Source: Candidatus Microgenomates bacterium
Lineage (GTDB): Bacteria; Patescibacteriota; Microgenomatia; UBA8517
NCBI GenBank assembly: GCA_049523135.1
Contig: JBEKNE010000001.1
Location: 651,234 to 715,233, forward strand
Direction: 5' to 3'
Length of the DNA: 64,000 nt
Part shown: positions 19,668-28,375 of the stretch, piece after piece
How positions within the stretch are numbered: the stretch's first letter is position 1
Layout: every line of letters begins with the position of its first letter
Position numbers and translations under genes: made by a program
The notes under the pieces: model-generated
What the model saw: the letters and a program-made list of their open reading frames with translations, nothing else
The model's database searches: none
Told to the model about the DNA's origin: nothing

Positions 19668-20121
19668 TCTTCTTTCCCAATTCTACACGAAAAACTCTGC
19701 CAATGCGAACATTTTCTCCTGTTTTTGCAATAACTTCTTTTACCAGATCTTCAATCTTTTTACCGGGATCTTTTATAAATTCCTGTTCCGTTAACTTTTC
19801 ATCCCCCATTGAAGCAACTTGCATTGCCAAATCGCGGCCCAGAGTTTCAAAGAGCTCATTTCTGGCAACAAAGTCCGTTTCACAAAGCAGTTCGACTACG
19901 CTCACTATTTTTCCGGTATGATGCGCATAAGTAAATATTTTGCCCTCGGAAGTTTCTCTTCCCTCACGTTTTGCGGCTTTTTCGGCTCCCTCTTTTTTAA
20001 GAATTTCGAGAGCTTTCTTTTCGTCTCCTCCAACTTCCTCCAAAACCTCACGGATTCTTATAATAGCAACGCCCGTTTGTTCGCGAAGTTTTTTAATAAG
20101 GGTTATATCAATTTTTGTCAT
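19660..20121 (-). CDS. tsf: elongation factor Ts (short form). Start at MTKIDITLIKKLRE
   Basis: UBA-like N-terminus matches EF-Ts (LVKELRERTG-type). rpsB-tsf synteny. Confidence 0.85.
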   Translation of the reverse strand: MTKIDITLIKKLREQTGVAIIRIREVLEEVGGDEKKALEILKKEGAEKAAKREGRETSEGKIFTYAHHTGKIVSVVELLCETDFVARNELFETLGRDLAMQVASMGDEKLTEQEFIKDPGKKIEDLVKEVIAKTGENVRIGRVFRVELGKKNG

Positions 20122-20803
20122 GTTTATTGCCTTCTGCAATCGCCTCACCAACTAAGTTTAGTATATATTCCAAAGCTTTGCTGGCATCGTCATTCATAGG
20201 AATCGGGTAATCGATTGGGTCCGGATCCGAATTGCTGTCAACTATTCCCACAACAGAAACTTTACCCACATTTGCTTCATGAACCGCACCGGATTCCCTT
20301 TTCGTGTCGATTACAAAAAGAACATCAGGAACTTTAGTTAAAGTTTTAATTCCGCCAAAAAATCGCCCCAGACGGGCAATTTCCCGGTCAATCAGAAGTC
20401 TTTCTTTTTTGGTGTATTTATTATAAACGCCTGTCGTCATATTTTCCTTCATTTCCTCCATTTTTTTGATGGATCTTTTTATCTGCTCAAAATTGGAGAT
20501 AGTGCCCCCTAGCCATCTTTCGTTAACATAAGGGACACCAACCTTTTCGGCAACCTCGGCAACTTTATCTTTAATCTGTTTCTTGGTTCCCAAAATTAGT
20601 ACGGTTTTACCTTCTTTGACGGATTTTGTAATAAACACCAGAGCTTCCTCAATTAAAGGCTTGGTTTTGGTTAAATCAAAAATGTGAACGCCACCTTCCT
20701 GCCCATAGAGATATTCCTCCATTTTAGGATTCCAGCGCTTGGTTTGGTGACCAAAGTGAGCTCCCGTATCCATTAATTCTTCAAGTGAAACTTTAATAGC
20801 CAT
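20108..20803 (-). CDS. rpsB: 30S ribosomal protein S2
   Basis: MAIKVSLEELMDTGAHFGHQTKRWNPKM canonical S2 N-terminus. Confidence 0.95.
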   Translation of the reverse strand: MAIKVSLEELMDTGAHFGHQTKRWNPKMEEYLYGQEGGVHIFDLTKTKPLIEEALVFITKSVKEGKTVLILGTKKQIKDKVAEVAEKVGVPYVNERWLGGTISNFEQIKRSIKKMEEMKENMTTGVYNKYTKKERLLIDREIARLGRFFGGIKTLTKVPDVLFVIDTKRESGAVHEANVGKVSVVGIVDSNSDPDPIDYPIPMNDDASKALEYILNLVGEAIAEGNKHDKN

Positions 20804-20886
20804 TATATTTTTGTTTCCTTAATCCGCCGCAGGTTGGAAGTAATCCAGGAAACATAACCTGCGTGTGTAGGGGTATTATATAGGGT

Positions 20887-21390
20887 TTAGCCTAAAGCTG
20901 CAAGAGACTTTTTGTTTATCTCAATATTCTCTTCGGCAGATTCGAAGGCTGCATTGGCCAAATATTCCGCGCTCATCGCATCCGAGTGGGCATTTTTATT
21001 CCCGATTTTGGATACCTCCATGGCCATTTCCCCTATCTCCTTAGCCAAGGTTGATACTTTTTGTGGAATTTCAATTGCCCAATACAAAGCCGCCTTAATC
21101 TTAGATTTATCTTCGGACTTATACGATTCCATAACTTTTTGAAAAGCTTCACTATCGGCATCCGCCAAATCCAGCAATTCAATTCTTACCTCCTGCATTC
21201 TTGTGGAAATTTCCTTAACTCTGCCCTGAACTTCGGGATAAGATTTTCTCCCGATAGTCAAATTGCAGACCATCTCAACCAAAGCCGCAGACAAAGATGC
21301 CGTCACTGCCGCAACAGCTCCTCCGCCGGGAGTCGGTTTAACGCCCCCAACATCTTTCAGAAAATCTTCAATTGTTTGTTTTTTAATCAT
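20887..21390 (-). CDS. formiminotetrahydrofolate cyclodeaminase / cyclohydrolase-family protein (FTCD C-domain, stand-alone)
   Basis: GGGAVAAVTASLSAAL motif characteristic of FTCD_C. 2-nt gap from formiminotransferase gene. Confidence 0.7.
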   Translation of the reverse strand: MIKKQTIEDFLKDVGGVKPTPGGGAVAAVTASLSAALVEMVCNLTIGRKSYPEVQGRVKEISTRMQEVRIELLDLADADSEAFQKVMESYKSEDKSKIKAALYWAIEIPQKVSTLAKEIGEMAMEVSKIGNKNAHSDAMSAEYLANAAFESAEENIEINKKSLAALG

Positions 21391-21392
21391 AT

Positions 21393-22271
21393 CTATTCGA
21401 ACAGTTTCTTTTCCAAAACCTGTTCCGATTTAAAGCCTTCAGCTTTGAAAGTAGTTTTAACTGCCTTCACTAAAGATTCGAGAGGTATCATACCATAAAT
21501 TTCCGAACTTTCTACTCCAACGTTCAATTTTCCGGCTTCAGATTCAACCGCGCGGTAGGCCTCATCAAAATTTGTTTTTTCAAAATCTACCAAATTCATA
21601 GAAACCTGGGCAAATCCCCCAACATTAAATCCAAGCGCTTTAACTCCGGTTAATCCCCCGTTTTTCTCGCGAATTTTCCCGGCAATATCTTTAGCGACCT
21701 GTATATCTTTTGTATCAAGATTTACATTAAAAGCTACTAAATACTTTCTGGCTCCAATGACAACTGCTCCTGCGGTCGGATGAATTTCGGAAGGACCGTA
21801 ATCGGGAGTTTTCATCTTTTTCCTAAATCCTTCAAACTCCCCAACTCGGATATCAGCCAAGTTCCTATTTTCTGGTTTTTTCGCCGACTCTTCATACATA
21901 AAAACGGGGATTTTAAGTTCGTCGGCAACTTTTTTGGCAAGTTTATTTGAAAGCTCTACACATTCCTCCATTGAAATTCCTGAAACGGGAACAAACGGCA
22001 CAACATCCGTAGCCCCAATTCTTGGATGTTCTCCTTTATGTTTGCTCATATCAATAAGCTCAGTAGCTTTCTTTATAGACTCAAATACTGAAGCCAAAAC
22101 ACTCTCCGGCTCTCCAACTATAGTGAAAAGCATACGGTTATGATCGGGGTTACTCTCAAGTTCAAAAACCCTAACGAACTTTATGGATTTTGCAGCATCA
22201 AAAATTGCATTAATAACTTTGGAGTTCTTGCCCTCACTGAAGTTTGGTACGCACTCAACAATTTTGTCCAT
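21393..22271 (-). CDS. glutamate formiminotransferase (FTCD N-domain, stand-alone)
   Basis: ECVPNFSEGKN hallmark N-terminus, about 290 aa. Confidence 0.8.
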   Translation of the reverse strand: MDKIVECVPNFSEGKNSKVINAIFDAAKSIKFVRVFELESNPDHNRMLFTIVGEPESVLASVFESIKKATELIDMSKHKGEHPRIGATDVVPFVPVSGISMEECVELSNKLAKKVADELKIPVFMYEESAKKPENRNLADIRVGEFEGFRKKMKTPDYGPSEIHPTAGAVVIGARKYLVAFNVNLDTKDIQVAKDIAGKIREKNGGLTGVKALGFNVGGFAQVSMNLVDFEKTNFDEAYRAVESEAGKLNVGVESSEIYGMIPLESLVKAVKTTFKAEGFKSEQVLEKKLFE

Positions 22272-22285
22272 TTGGACTTATTATA

Positions 22286-22987
22286 TCAAAGAAGTCTCTT
22301 TTCTATTACTTTCCTTATCCTCTCCTGAATAAGTATAGTATCGCCACCGATGTCGCCCGTTGTCACACAGGGAATTGACATCCACCAGCCGCTATTGTCC
22401 TTGACTGTCCTCAAATACTCTCTATAAGAGTTTAGTTGGTGACTAAAGTCCCTCTCTGCAATATCTCTCTTTTTGCCTTTGATATAAGCCCTGTCATTCT
22501 TTGTTTTGTTCAGCTTACTGGAATCCACAGGGGATCTATCCAAAAATAAAACCAGGTCGGGCTTTAAAAGTCCAAGTTCATCCCAACCCATTTTCCAAAT
22601 CCATTTTCTAAAATCACTTTTGGCCCGAGTTTTTAACTTGGCTATCTGATGAACATTAGAGGTAAAATAGCGATCCGAAAGTACCCATCCTCCATTCTCT
22701 ATCCATTTTCTACCAATATCTCTACTCCATGTATATTGGTCAAGCATATAAGTCAGAGTAGCTAAATAAGGACTAACATCCTTCAGTTCTCCAAATTTAC
22801 CAGAAAGGAACTCTCCGACAAGTTTTCCCCATTCGGAGGAATAATATCTGGGGAAGGCAGTTACAAGCAGCTTATCATTGCCAATTTTCTCTTTTAAAAA
22901 ATCTTCAAGCAGTCTGACCTGAGTGGCCTTTCCGCTTCCGTCAACTCCTTCAATAACAATAAACTTCCCTCGTTGTTTCATTATCAT
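22286..22987 (-). CDS. tmk: thymidylate kinase family protein
   Basis: P-loop IVIEGVDGSGKATQ, DRY motif, LID region. 4-nt overlap with dNK gene. Confidence 0.75.
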   Translation of the reverse strand: MIMKQRGKFIVIEGVDGSGKATQVRLLEDFLKEKIGNDKLLVTAFPRYYSSEWGKLVGEFLSGKFGELKDVSPYLATLTYMLDQYTWSRDIGRKWIENGGWVLSDRYFTSNVHQIAKLKTRAKSDFRKWIWKMGWDELGLLKPDLVLFLDRSPVDSSKLNKTKNDRAYIKGKKRDIAERDFSHQLNSYREYLRTVKDNSGWWMSIPCVTTGDIGGDTILIQERIRKVIEKRLL

Positions 22988-23760
22988 AATCTTAACCTTA
23001 ATGACTCACCTGATAAACCGTGGAAAACATCAACACCTCCAGAGTTTTGCCCGACCGGTATTGCCGGTAAAACAAATCTGTTATCTTGTTTAAACTTTAA
23101 TAAAATATATGTTTCAATTCTGTTGGCCAAACTTTCAACACTTGAGGTCTCATTCCCGCATGAAGTATATGCAAATAATTTAAATGTATTGTTATCTTTT
23201 TCTTGCCTCCACTCTTCAACCGACTCCGAAAGTTTTTCCAAATATTCCGGATAATTTTTCAAAATCCAAAGTTCATATGCTCTTCCCCTCTCTACAATCC
23301 TTCGTTTTAGATCATCTTGACTGGCAGAAACAACTACATGCATGTCAGGATATACCAAGTGCTTTGCTTCCGCTAAAGCAAAAAATGCAGTGTTATATAA
23401 ATTCCACTCCTTATCATTCATCCAACCCATTTTGTGATGCGTTTGCGCATATATAAAATCCATTGTTAATGAAGGGTCAATTATTGTTGTTGTCTCATTT
23501 ATGTCTAATTTTTCAAGCTGTTCCATCTTGGATAACATAAAATGGAATTGACATCTGAAACTGTATTCATAAGGGCTTGCATAAAACTTGGCAAGATACG
23601 GATTTTCCGTATATTTTTCTTCTATGGGGGTTACGCTCCATCTTCTTCCAAGCTCTCCGGAAAGGGTTGTTTTTCCGCTGGCAAGACAACCGACAAAACC
23701 AATAACAAGCGGTCTTTTTATAAGTGTTTCTTTTCCTCCTAAATTTTCCTTCATACTCAC
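22984..23760 (-). CDS. deoxynucleoside kinase (dAK/dGK/dCK family)
   Basis: P-loop GCLASGKTT, ERS-like and LID arginine motifs of dNK family. 4-nt overlap with thyX. Confidence 0.75.
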   Translation of the reverse strand: MSMKENLGGKETLIKRPLVIGFVGCLASGKTTLSGELGRRWSVTPIEEKYTENPYLAKFYASPYEYSFRCQFHFMLSKMEQLEKLDINETTTIIDPSLTMDFIYAQTHHKMGWMNDKEWNLYNTAFFALAEAKHLVYPDMHVVVSASQDDLKRRIVERGRAYELWILKNYPEYLEKLSESVEEWRQEKDNNTFKLFAYTSCGNETSSVESLANRIETYILLKFKQDNRFVLPAIPVGQNSGGVDVFHGLSGESLRLRL

Positions 23761-24719
23761 TTCTTTATTAATCCCAATTTCTCAAACTTTTCCAGCATCT
23801 CTTCTTTTTCCCTTTTATTTGTCATTCCGGTACTGCCGGCACTATTCAAAATTTCATCTTTTGAAAAACTAATATTATTTTCTTTCATAACTTGCGCCAT
23901 AACCTGCTGCTCGGGTCTTGATAATTTCGTTGCATAAAGTTCATAGTCCTCAAAAGCTTCCCACGCAAGAGGTACCGCGTCTTTTAAAATACCCGACATC
24001 GCTTCCGCGTAAACTCTAATTTCATATTGCGCGTGCGGATCCGCCCGTAAATGCAGAAAGTGAAATAAATTGTGAAGATCTGTCTTCCAATACCACTGTG
24101 TATAAAAATTTAAAGAAAGATCCATCCGCGACAGTTCTCTTGCAAACATATCCCGTTCAGGGTCCTTTGGTTTTCCCATCCCGTCATCATTAAGCATAAA
24201 TTCGTAATGCTCGTAATTCCGAGCTGCATCCTCAATCAGAAGTTTTTTTATGGCTTCCGCCTGTTCTTTGCTAACGGATTCGTCTCTTCCTTGACGATTG
24301 CTTTTGGACTGGATTCCCATGACTTCGGGTTCAGGAATATAAAATTCTTTATCCAAAATTGAAAACCTCGCAGAATATTCATTAATACTGGCGGTTCTAT
24401 GTCTCACCCACTGGCGGGCAACAAAAATCGGCATTTTTGCATGAAACTTAAATTCATCCATTTCAAAGGGTGTCGTATGTTCATGACGATATAAGTATCT
24501 GATAAGTCCGCGCGTTTCATTTATGCTTCTTGTTCCTGTTCCGTACGAAACACGGGCAGCCTCCTCGATGGCTTTATCGTTCCCCATGTAATCAACCAAA
24601 TACACAAAGCCGTGATCAAGAACCGGAATAACTTCTCCCAAGCGTTTTTCGGCACCGGGGCTTATCGGTCTTTTGGTTTCACTAAGCGGAAAGTTGAGGA
24701 TTTGTCTTTCGGCGGTCAT
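23757..24719 (-). CDS. thyX: flavin-dependent thymidylate synthase ThyX with about 60-aa C-terminal extension
   Basis: RHRTASINEYSARF (RHRx7S ThyX motif). Confidence 0.9.
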   Translation of the reverse strand: MTAERQILNFPLSETKRPISPGAEKRLGEVIPVLDHGFVYLVDYMGNDKAIEEAARVSYGTGTRSINETRGLIRYLYRHEHTTPFEMDEFKFHAKMPIFVARQWVRHRTASINEYSARFSILDKEFYIPEPEVMGIQSKSNRQGRDESVSKEQAEAIKKLLIEDAARNYEHYEFMLNDDGMGKPKDPERDMFARELSRMDLSLNFYTQWYWKTDLHNLFHFLHLRADPHAQYEIRVYAEAMSGILKDAVPLAWEAFEDYELYATKLSRPEQQVMAQVMKENNISFSKDEILNSAGSTGMTNKREKEEMLEKFEKLGLIKK

Positions 24720-24804
24720 ATGTTTATCAAAGATATTTAGCAGTTAGGTAAGGGGCATGTCAATATGTAAACAGTCGAAGAAAAGGCTCTATAGTTAGTA
24801 ATCA

Positions 24805-25161
24805 CTATCTGTTATCCCCATTTCCGTGGATAGTACCTTTTATTTTTCTTGCTGCGAGTTTCTCCAAATTCATTTTGGCAATATCTGAAAGCTTCAAATT
24901 AAGTTCTGTGGAGAGCTGGGCCAAATACCACATAACGTCTCCCAACTCTTTCGCAATTTCTAATTTATATTCCTTGGTAAGTTTTCCACCGTGATCTCTA
25001 AAAAGTTTTTTTATTTTTTCAGAAACTTCTCCGGTTTCCCCCTGTAAACCCAAAAGCGGATAAACAAACTTTTTGCCAACCTTTGGATAAACTGCCGTTT
25101 TTTTACACTGTTTTTGGTATTTATCAAAATCCGAGAATCCCATTGCAAAAGATTCTAACAC
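24805..25161 (-). CDS. MazG-like nucleoside triphosphate pyrophosphohydrolase (all-alpha NTP-PPase)
   Basis: 118 aa. GLQGETGEVSEK...ELGDVMWY EExxE/D metal-binding helices. Confidence 0.7.
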   Translation of the reverse strand: MLESFAMGFSDFDKYQKQCKKTAVYPKVGKKFVYPLLGLQGETGEVSEKIKKLFRDHGGKLTKEYKLEIAKELGDVMWYLAQLSTELNLKLSDIAKMNLEKLAARKIKGTIHGNGDNR

Positions 25162-25179
25162 ATATATATTAATTACTGA

Positions 25180-25731
25180 ATGTTAATTATTGGAATTACA
25201 GGAACTCTCGGGGCAGGTAAAGGAACCATTGTTGATTATCTTACTAAGGAAAAGGGATTTGAACACTTCTCCGTATCAGAATACTTAACCGAAGAACTTA
25301 AAAAGCAAAAACGCCCTATCGACAGAGATGGGATGAGAGAGATTGCAAATGAAATAAGAGAAAAGCACGGACCCGACTACATCACAAAAGTTTTATTTGA
25401 AAAGGCAAAAAAAGAAAATGGCAACGCAGTTATTGAAAGTATCAGAAATCCTAAAGAAGTGGAGTTTATAAAAAATCACGGAGGAGTTTTGTTTGCAATC
25501 GATGCAGATCAAAAAATCCGATACGAAAGAATAAAATCACGCGGTTCTGAAAAAGATAATGTTACATTTAAAGAATTTCAACTTCAGGAGAAAAAGGAAA
25601 AAGAGTCAACCGATCCAAATGCTCAAAATTTATCAAAATGCATATTGATGTCCAACTATAAATTTGATAACAATGGCAGTGTAAAAGATCTATATGACAA
25701 AGTCGAAAAAGTCATCATCAAAATCAAATAA
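25180..25731 (+). CDS. P-loop nucleoside/nucleotide kinase-like protein (adenylate/dNMP kinase-like)
   Basis: Walker A GITGTLGAGKGT at N-terminus, 183 aa. Family assignment beyond P-loop NMP-kinase fold uncertain. Confidence 0.5.
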   Translation: MLIIGITGTLGAGKGTIVDYLTKEKGFEHFSVSEYLTEELKKQKRPIDRDGMREIANEIREKHGPDYITKVLFEKAKKENGNAVIESIRNPKEVEFIKNHGGVLFAIDADQKIRYERIKSRGSEKDNVTFKEFQLQEKKEKESTDPNAQNLSKCILMSNYKFDNNGSVKDLYDKVEKVIIKIK

Positions 25732-26215
25732 ATACAAAAGACCTTCCTGGGATGATTACTTCATGGAGGTAATGAACGCCATTGCCAAAAGGGCGACGTG
25801 CGATCGTGGCAGAGCCGGAACGGTGATTATTAGAGATAAACAAATATTGGCTACCGGATATGTCGGCTCCCCTGTTGGGTTTCCTCACTGCGATGAAGTG
25901 GGACACGACTTAAGAAAAAGTTTCAATGAAGACGGAACCGTGTCACAACACTGTATTAGAACTGTGCATTCAGAACAGAACGCCATTTGCCAGGCGGCCA
26001 AACGCGGGATTTCAATTGATGGGGCAACCGTCTATACCAGAATGACCCCATGCAGAGTTTGCGCAATGCTCCTTGTAAACTGTGGTATCAAAAGAGTTTA
26101 TTGCGAAAGAAAATATCATACAGGCAAAGAATCGGACAAGATATTTAAAAAGGCCGGAGTAAAAATCGAATATAAATATAACAAACTCCAAGAATATTCA
26201 AATCAAAAAGGTTAA
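25694..26215 (+). CDS. dCMP deaminase (cytidine/deoxycytidylate deaminase zinc-binding)
   Basis: HSEQNAI (H-x-E) and PCRVCA (PCxxC) zinc motifs. Confidence 0.85.
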   Translation: MTKSKKSSSKSNKYKRPSWDDYFMEVMNAIAKRATCDRGRAGTVIIRDKQILATGYVGSPVGFPHCDEVGHDLRKSFNEDGTVSQHCIRTVHSEQNAICQAAKRGISIDGATVYTRMTPCRVCAMLLVNCGIKRVYCERKYHTGKESDKIFKKAGVKIEYKYNKLQEYSNQKG

Positions 26216-28239
26216 TTTGGAGTTTCTTCTTTCTTGGGACTTCTCCAACTGGCCCATTTACAATCCGGATAACGGGAACAGCCAAAAAACTTTCTTCCTT
26301 TAGAAGTCTTTTTAACAATCACGTCACCGGTTTTACATTCGGGACATTTAACTCCAACTTTTTCCAAATATTTTTCCGTATATTTACAATCGGGAAAACG
26401 GGAACAGGAAATGAATTTTCCAAAACGTCCTGTACGGACTACCAGCTCCCCCTCCTTGCACTCCGGGCATTTTCTCCCCAACTTTTCAACTTCAATTTTG
26501 ACTCTCTTGGAATTCTTTTCAACCGAAGCCAATTTTTTCTCAAAAGGCCCATAAAATTCTTTAATCGGTTCTTCCCATTTCAAGTTACCGTTGGCAATAT
26601 CATCGAGTTCCCCTTCCATCTTGGCCGTAAATTCATATTCAAAAACCCCGGGAAAATTATCAATCAAAAAATCATTAACGGCAAAGCCGATACTCGTCGG
26701 GGTAAACTGCTTACTGTCATTTTTCTCAACATAATTTCTTATCTGAATAGTCGAAATTATCGGCGCATAAGTTGAAGGGCGCCCTATTCCCAATTTCTCC
26801 AAAGTTTTAATGAGAGAGGCTTCATTATATCTTGCGGGTGGTTGTGTGAATTTTTGTTCGCCCCATGTTTTAACTAAGTTTAGTTCTTCATCTGTCGAAA
26901 CTTCCGGTAAATTAACTGCCGCTTCGGCATCAAGCTTACTCTGTATAACTTTTCGCCATCCGTCAAAATTCATAATCTGACCGGAAGCTCTTAAAAGATA
27001 AACTCCCGCAGTGACATCAATTGTGGTTTCATCATAAACGGAAGACGTCATTTGACAGGCCACAAATCTTCTCCAAATTAAATCATAAAGTTTGGCAAAA
27101 TCCTGCTCTTCCAAATCTATTTGGCGATTACTCACATTGGTTGGTCTTATTGCTTCGTGCGCTTCCTGTGCAACTTTGGAAGTTGTTTTATAAAAGCGGG
27201 GCTTTTCCGGCAGGTATTTATCTCCGTATTCTTTTTTAATAAGGTCTCGGGCTTTTCCGACTGCCGCCGCATTTAAATTAAATGAATCGGTTCTGTGATA
27301 AGTAATTAGCCCTTCCTCATATAATTTTTGGGCAATCGACATTGTCTTTTTTGATGACCATCCAAAAATTCTAGCGCCGGCCTGTGTCATTGTTGAAGTT
27401 GTAAAAGGAGGATAAGGATTTTTTACAATTTGTCTTTTTCTGACATCCGCAACTTTATAATTTTCTTTTTCAAGTTCTGCTAAAATCTTATCCGACTCGG
27501 CTTTTGTTTTTATCTCAGCACTTTTATCACCAATCTTAATTAATTGGATAACAAATTGCGGATGGCGAGAGTGGAGGGAGTCCTGTTGAGTGCCCGCAGC
27601 ACTAGTCGAGGACGTTGAACGGGATGATGCCCCGACAGGACCCGCATTATCTGTCTTAACTTCCGAAAATATTTCCCAATATTCTTCAGCTTTAAACTTT
27701 CCAATTTCTCTTTCCTTTTCAACAATAAGCCGGACCGCAACGGATTGAACACGTCCCGCCGAAAGCCCTCTCCTTACCTTTTTCCAAAGAAGCGGAGAAA
27801 GTTTATAGCCCACAAGCCGGTCCAACACTCTACGTGCCGTTTGTGCATCAACAAGATTATTATCAATTCCCCTGGGATTTTTTAAAGCCTCTTCGACAGC
27901 TTCTTTAGTAATTTCATGGAAAGTAATTCTTTCAATTTTCTTTTTTCCGTCAATAATCTCTTTAACATGAGAGGCAATGGCTTCACCTTCGCGGTCAGGA
28001 TCGGAGGCAATATATGTAATCTTGGCTTTTTTACTTTTTGCAATTAAATCTTTAATGGTCTCCGCTCTTTTGGGGACTTCCACATACTCGGGCTTAAAAT
28101 TATGTTTTATATCAACTCCCAGTGTGCTTTTTGGCAAATCTTTAATGTGACCCATTGTCGCTTCCACTACATAACCCTTACCCAAAAACCGACCCAGTGT
28201 TTTTGCTTTTGTTGGTGACTCAACAATAATCAAATCCAT
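26212..28239 (-). CDS. topA: DNA topoisomerase I with two C-terminal zinc ribbons
   Basis: Toprim N-terminus (IVESPTKAKT), catalytic Tyr region, C-terminal CxxC...CxxC pairs. Confidence 0.9.
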   Translation of the reverse strand: MDLIIVESPTKAKTLGRFLGKGYVVEATMGHIKDLPKSTLGVDIKHNFKPEYVEVPKRAETIKDLIAKSKKAKITYIASDPDREGEAIASHVKEIIDGKKKIERITFHEITKEAVEEALKNPRGIDNNLVDAQTARRVLDRLVGYKLSPLLWKKVRRGLSAGRVQSVAVRLIVEKEREIGKFKAEEYWEIFSEVKTDNAGPVGASSRSTSSTSAAGTQQDSLHSRHPQFVIQLIKIGDKSAEIKTKAESDKILAELEKENYKVADVRKRQIVKNPYPPFTTSTMTQAGARIFGWSSKKTMSIAQKLYEEGLITYHRTDSFNLNAAAVGKARDLIKKEYGDKYLPEKPRFYKTTSKVAQEAHEAIRPTNVSNRQIDLEEQDFAKLYDLIWRRFVACQMTSSVYDETTIDVTAGVYLLRASGQIMNFDGWRKVIQSKLDAEAAVNLPEVSTDEELNLVKTWGEQKFTQPPARYNEASLIKTLEKLGIGRPSTYAPIISTIQIRNYVEKNDSKQFTPTSIGFAVNDFLIDNFPGVFEYEFTAKMEGELDDIANGNLKWEEPIKEFYGPFEKKLASVEKNSKRVKIEVEKLGRKCPECKEGELVVRTGRFGKFISCSRFPDCKYTEKYLEKVGVKCPECKTGDVIVKKTSKGRKFFGCSRYPDCKWASWRSPKKEETPN

Positions 28240-28375
28240 ATTTTTAATTCTTTTTGTAAATACTGCCTCCGATATTTTTTATAATACCTTTCATTTCCAT
28301 GATTGTCAGTCTAGCAGAAATCTCAGAGTTTTTGCTACCGAGTTTGTTTTTAGTGATTGAAGCGCTCCTTTTCGC

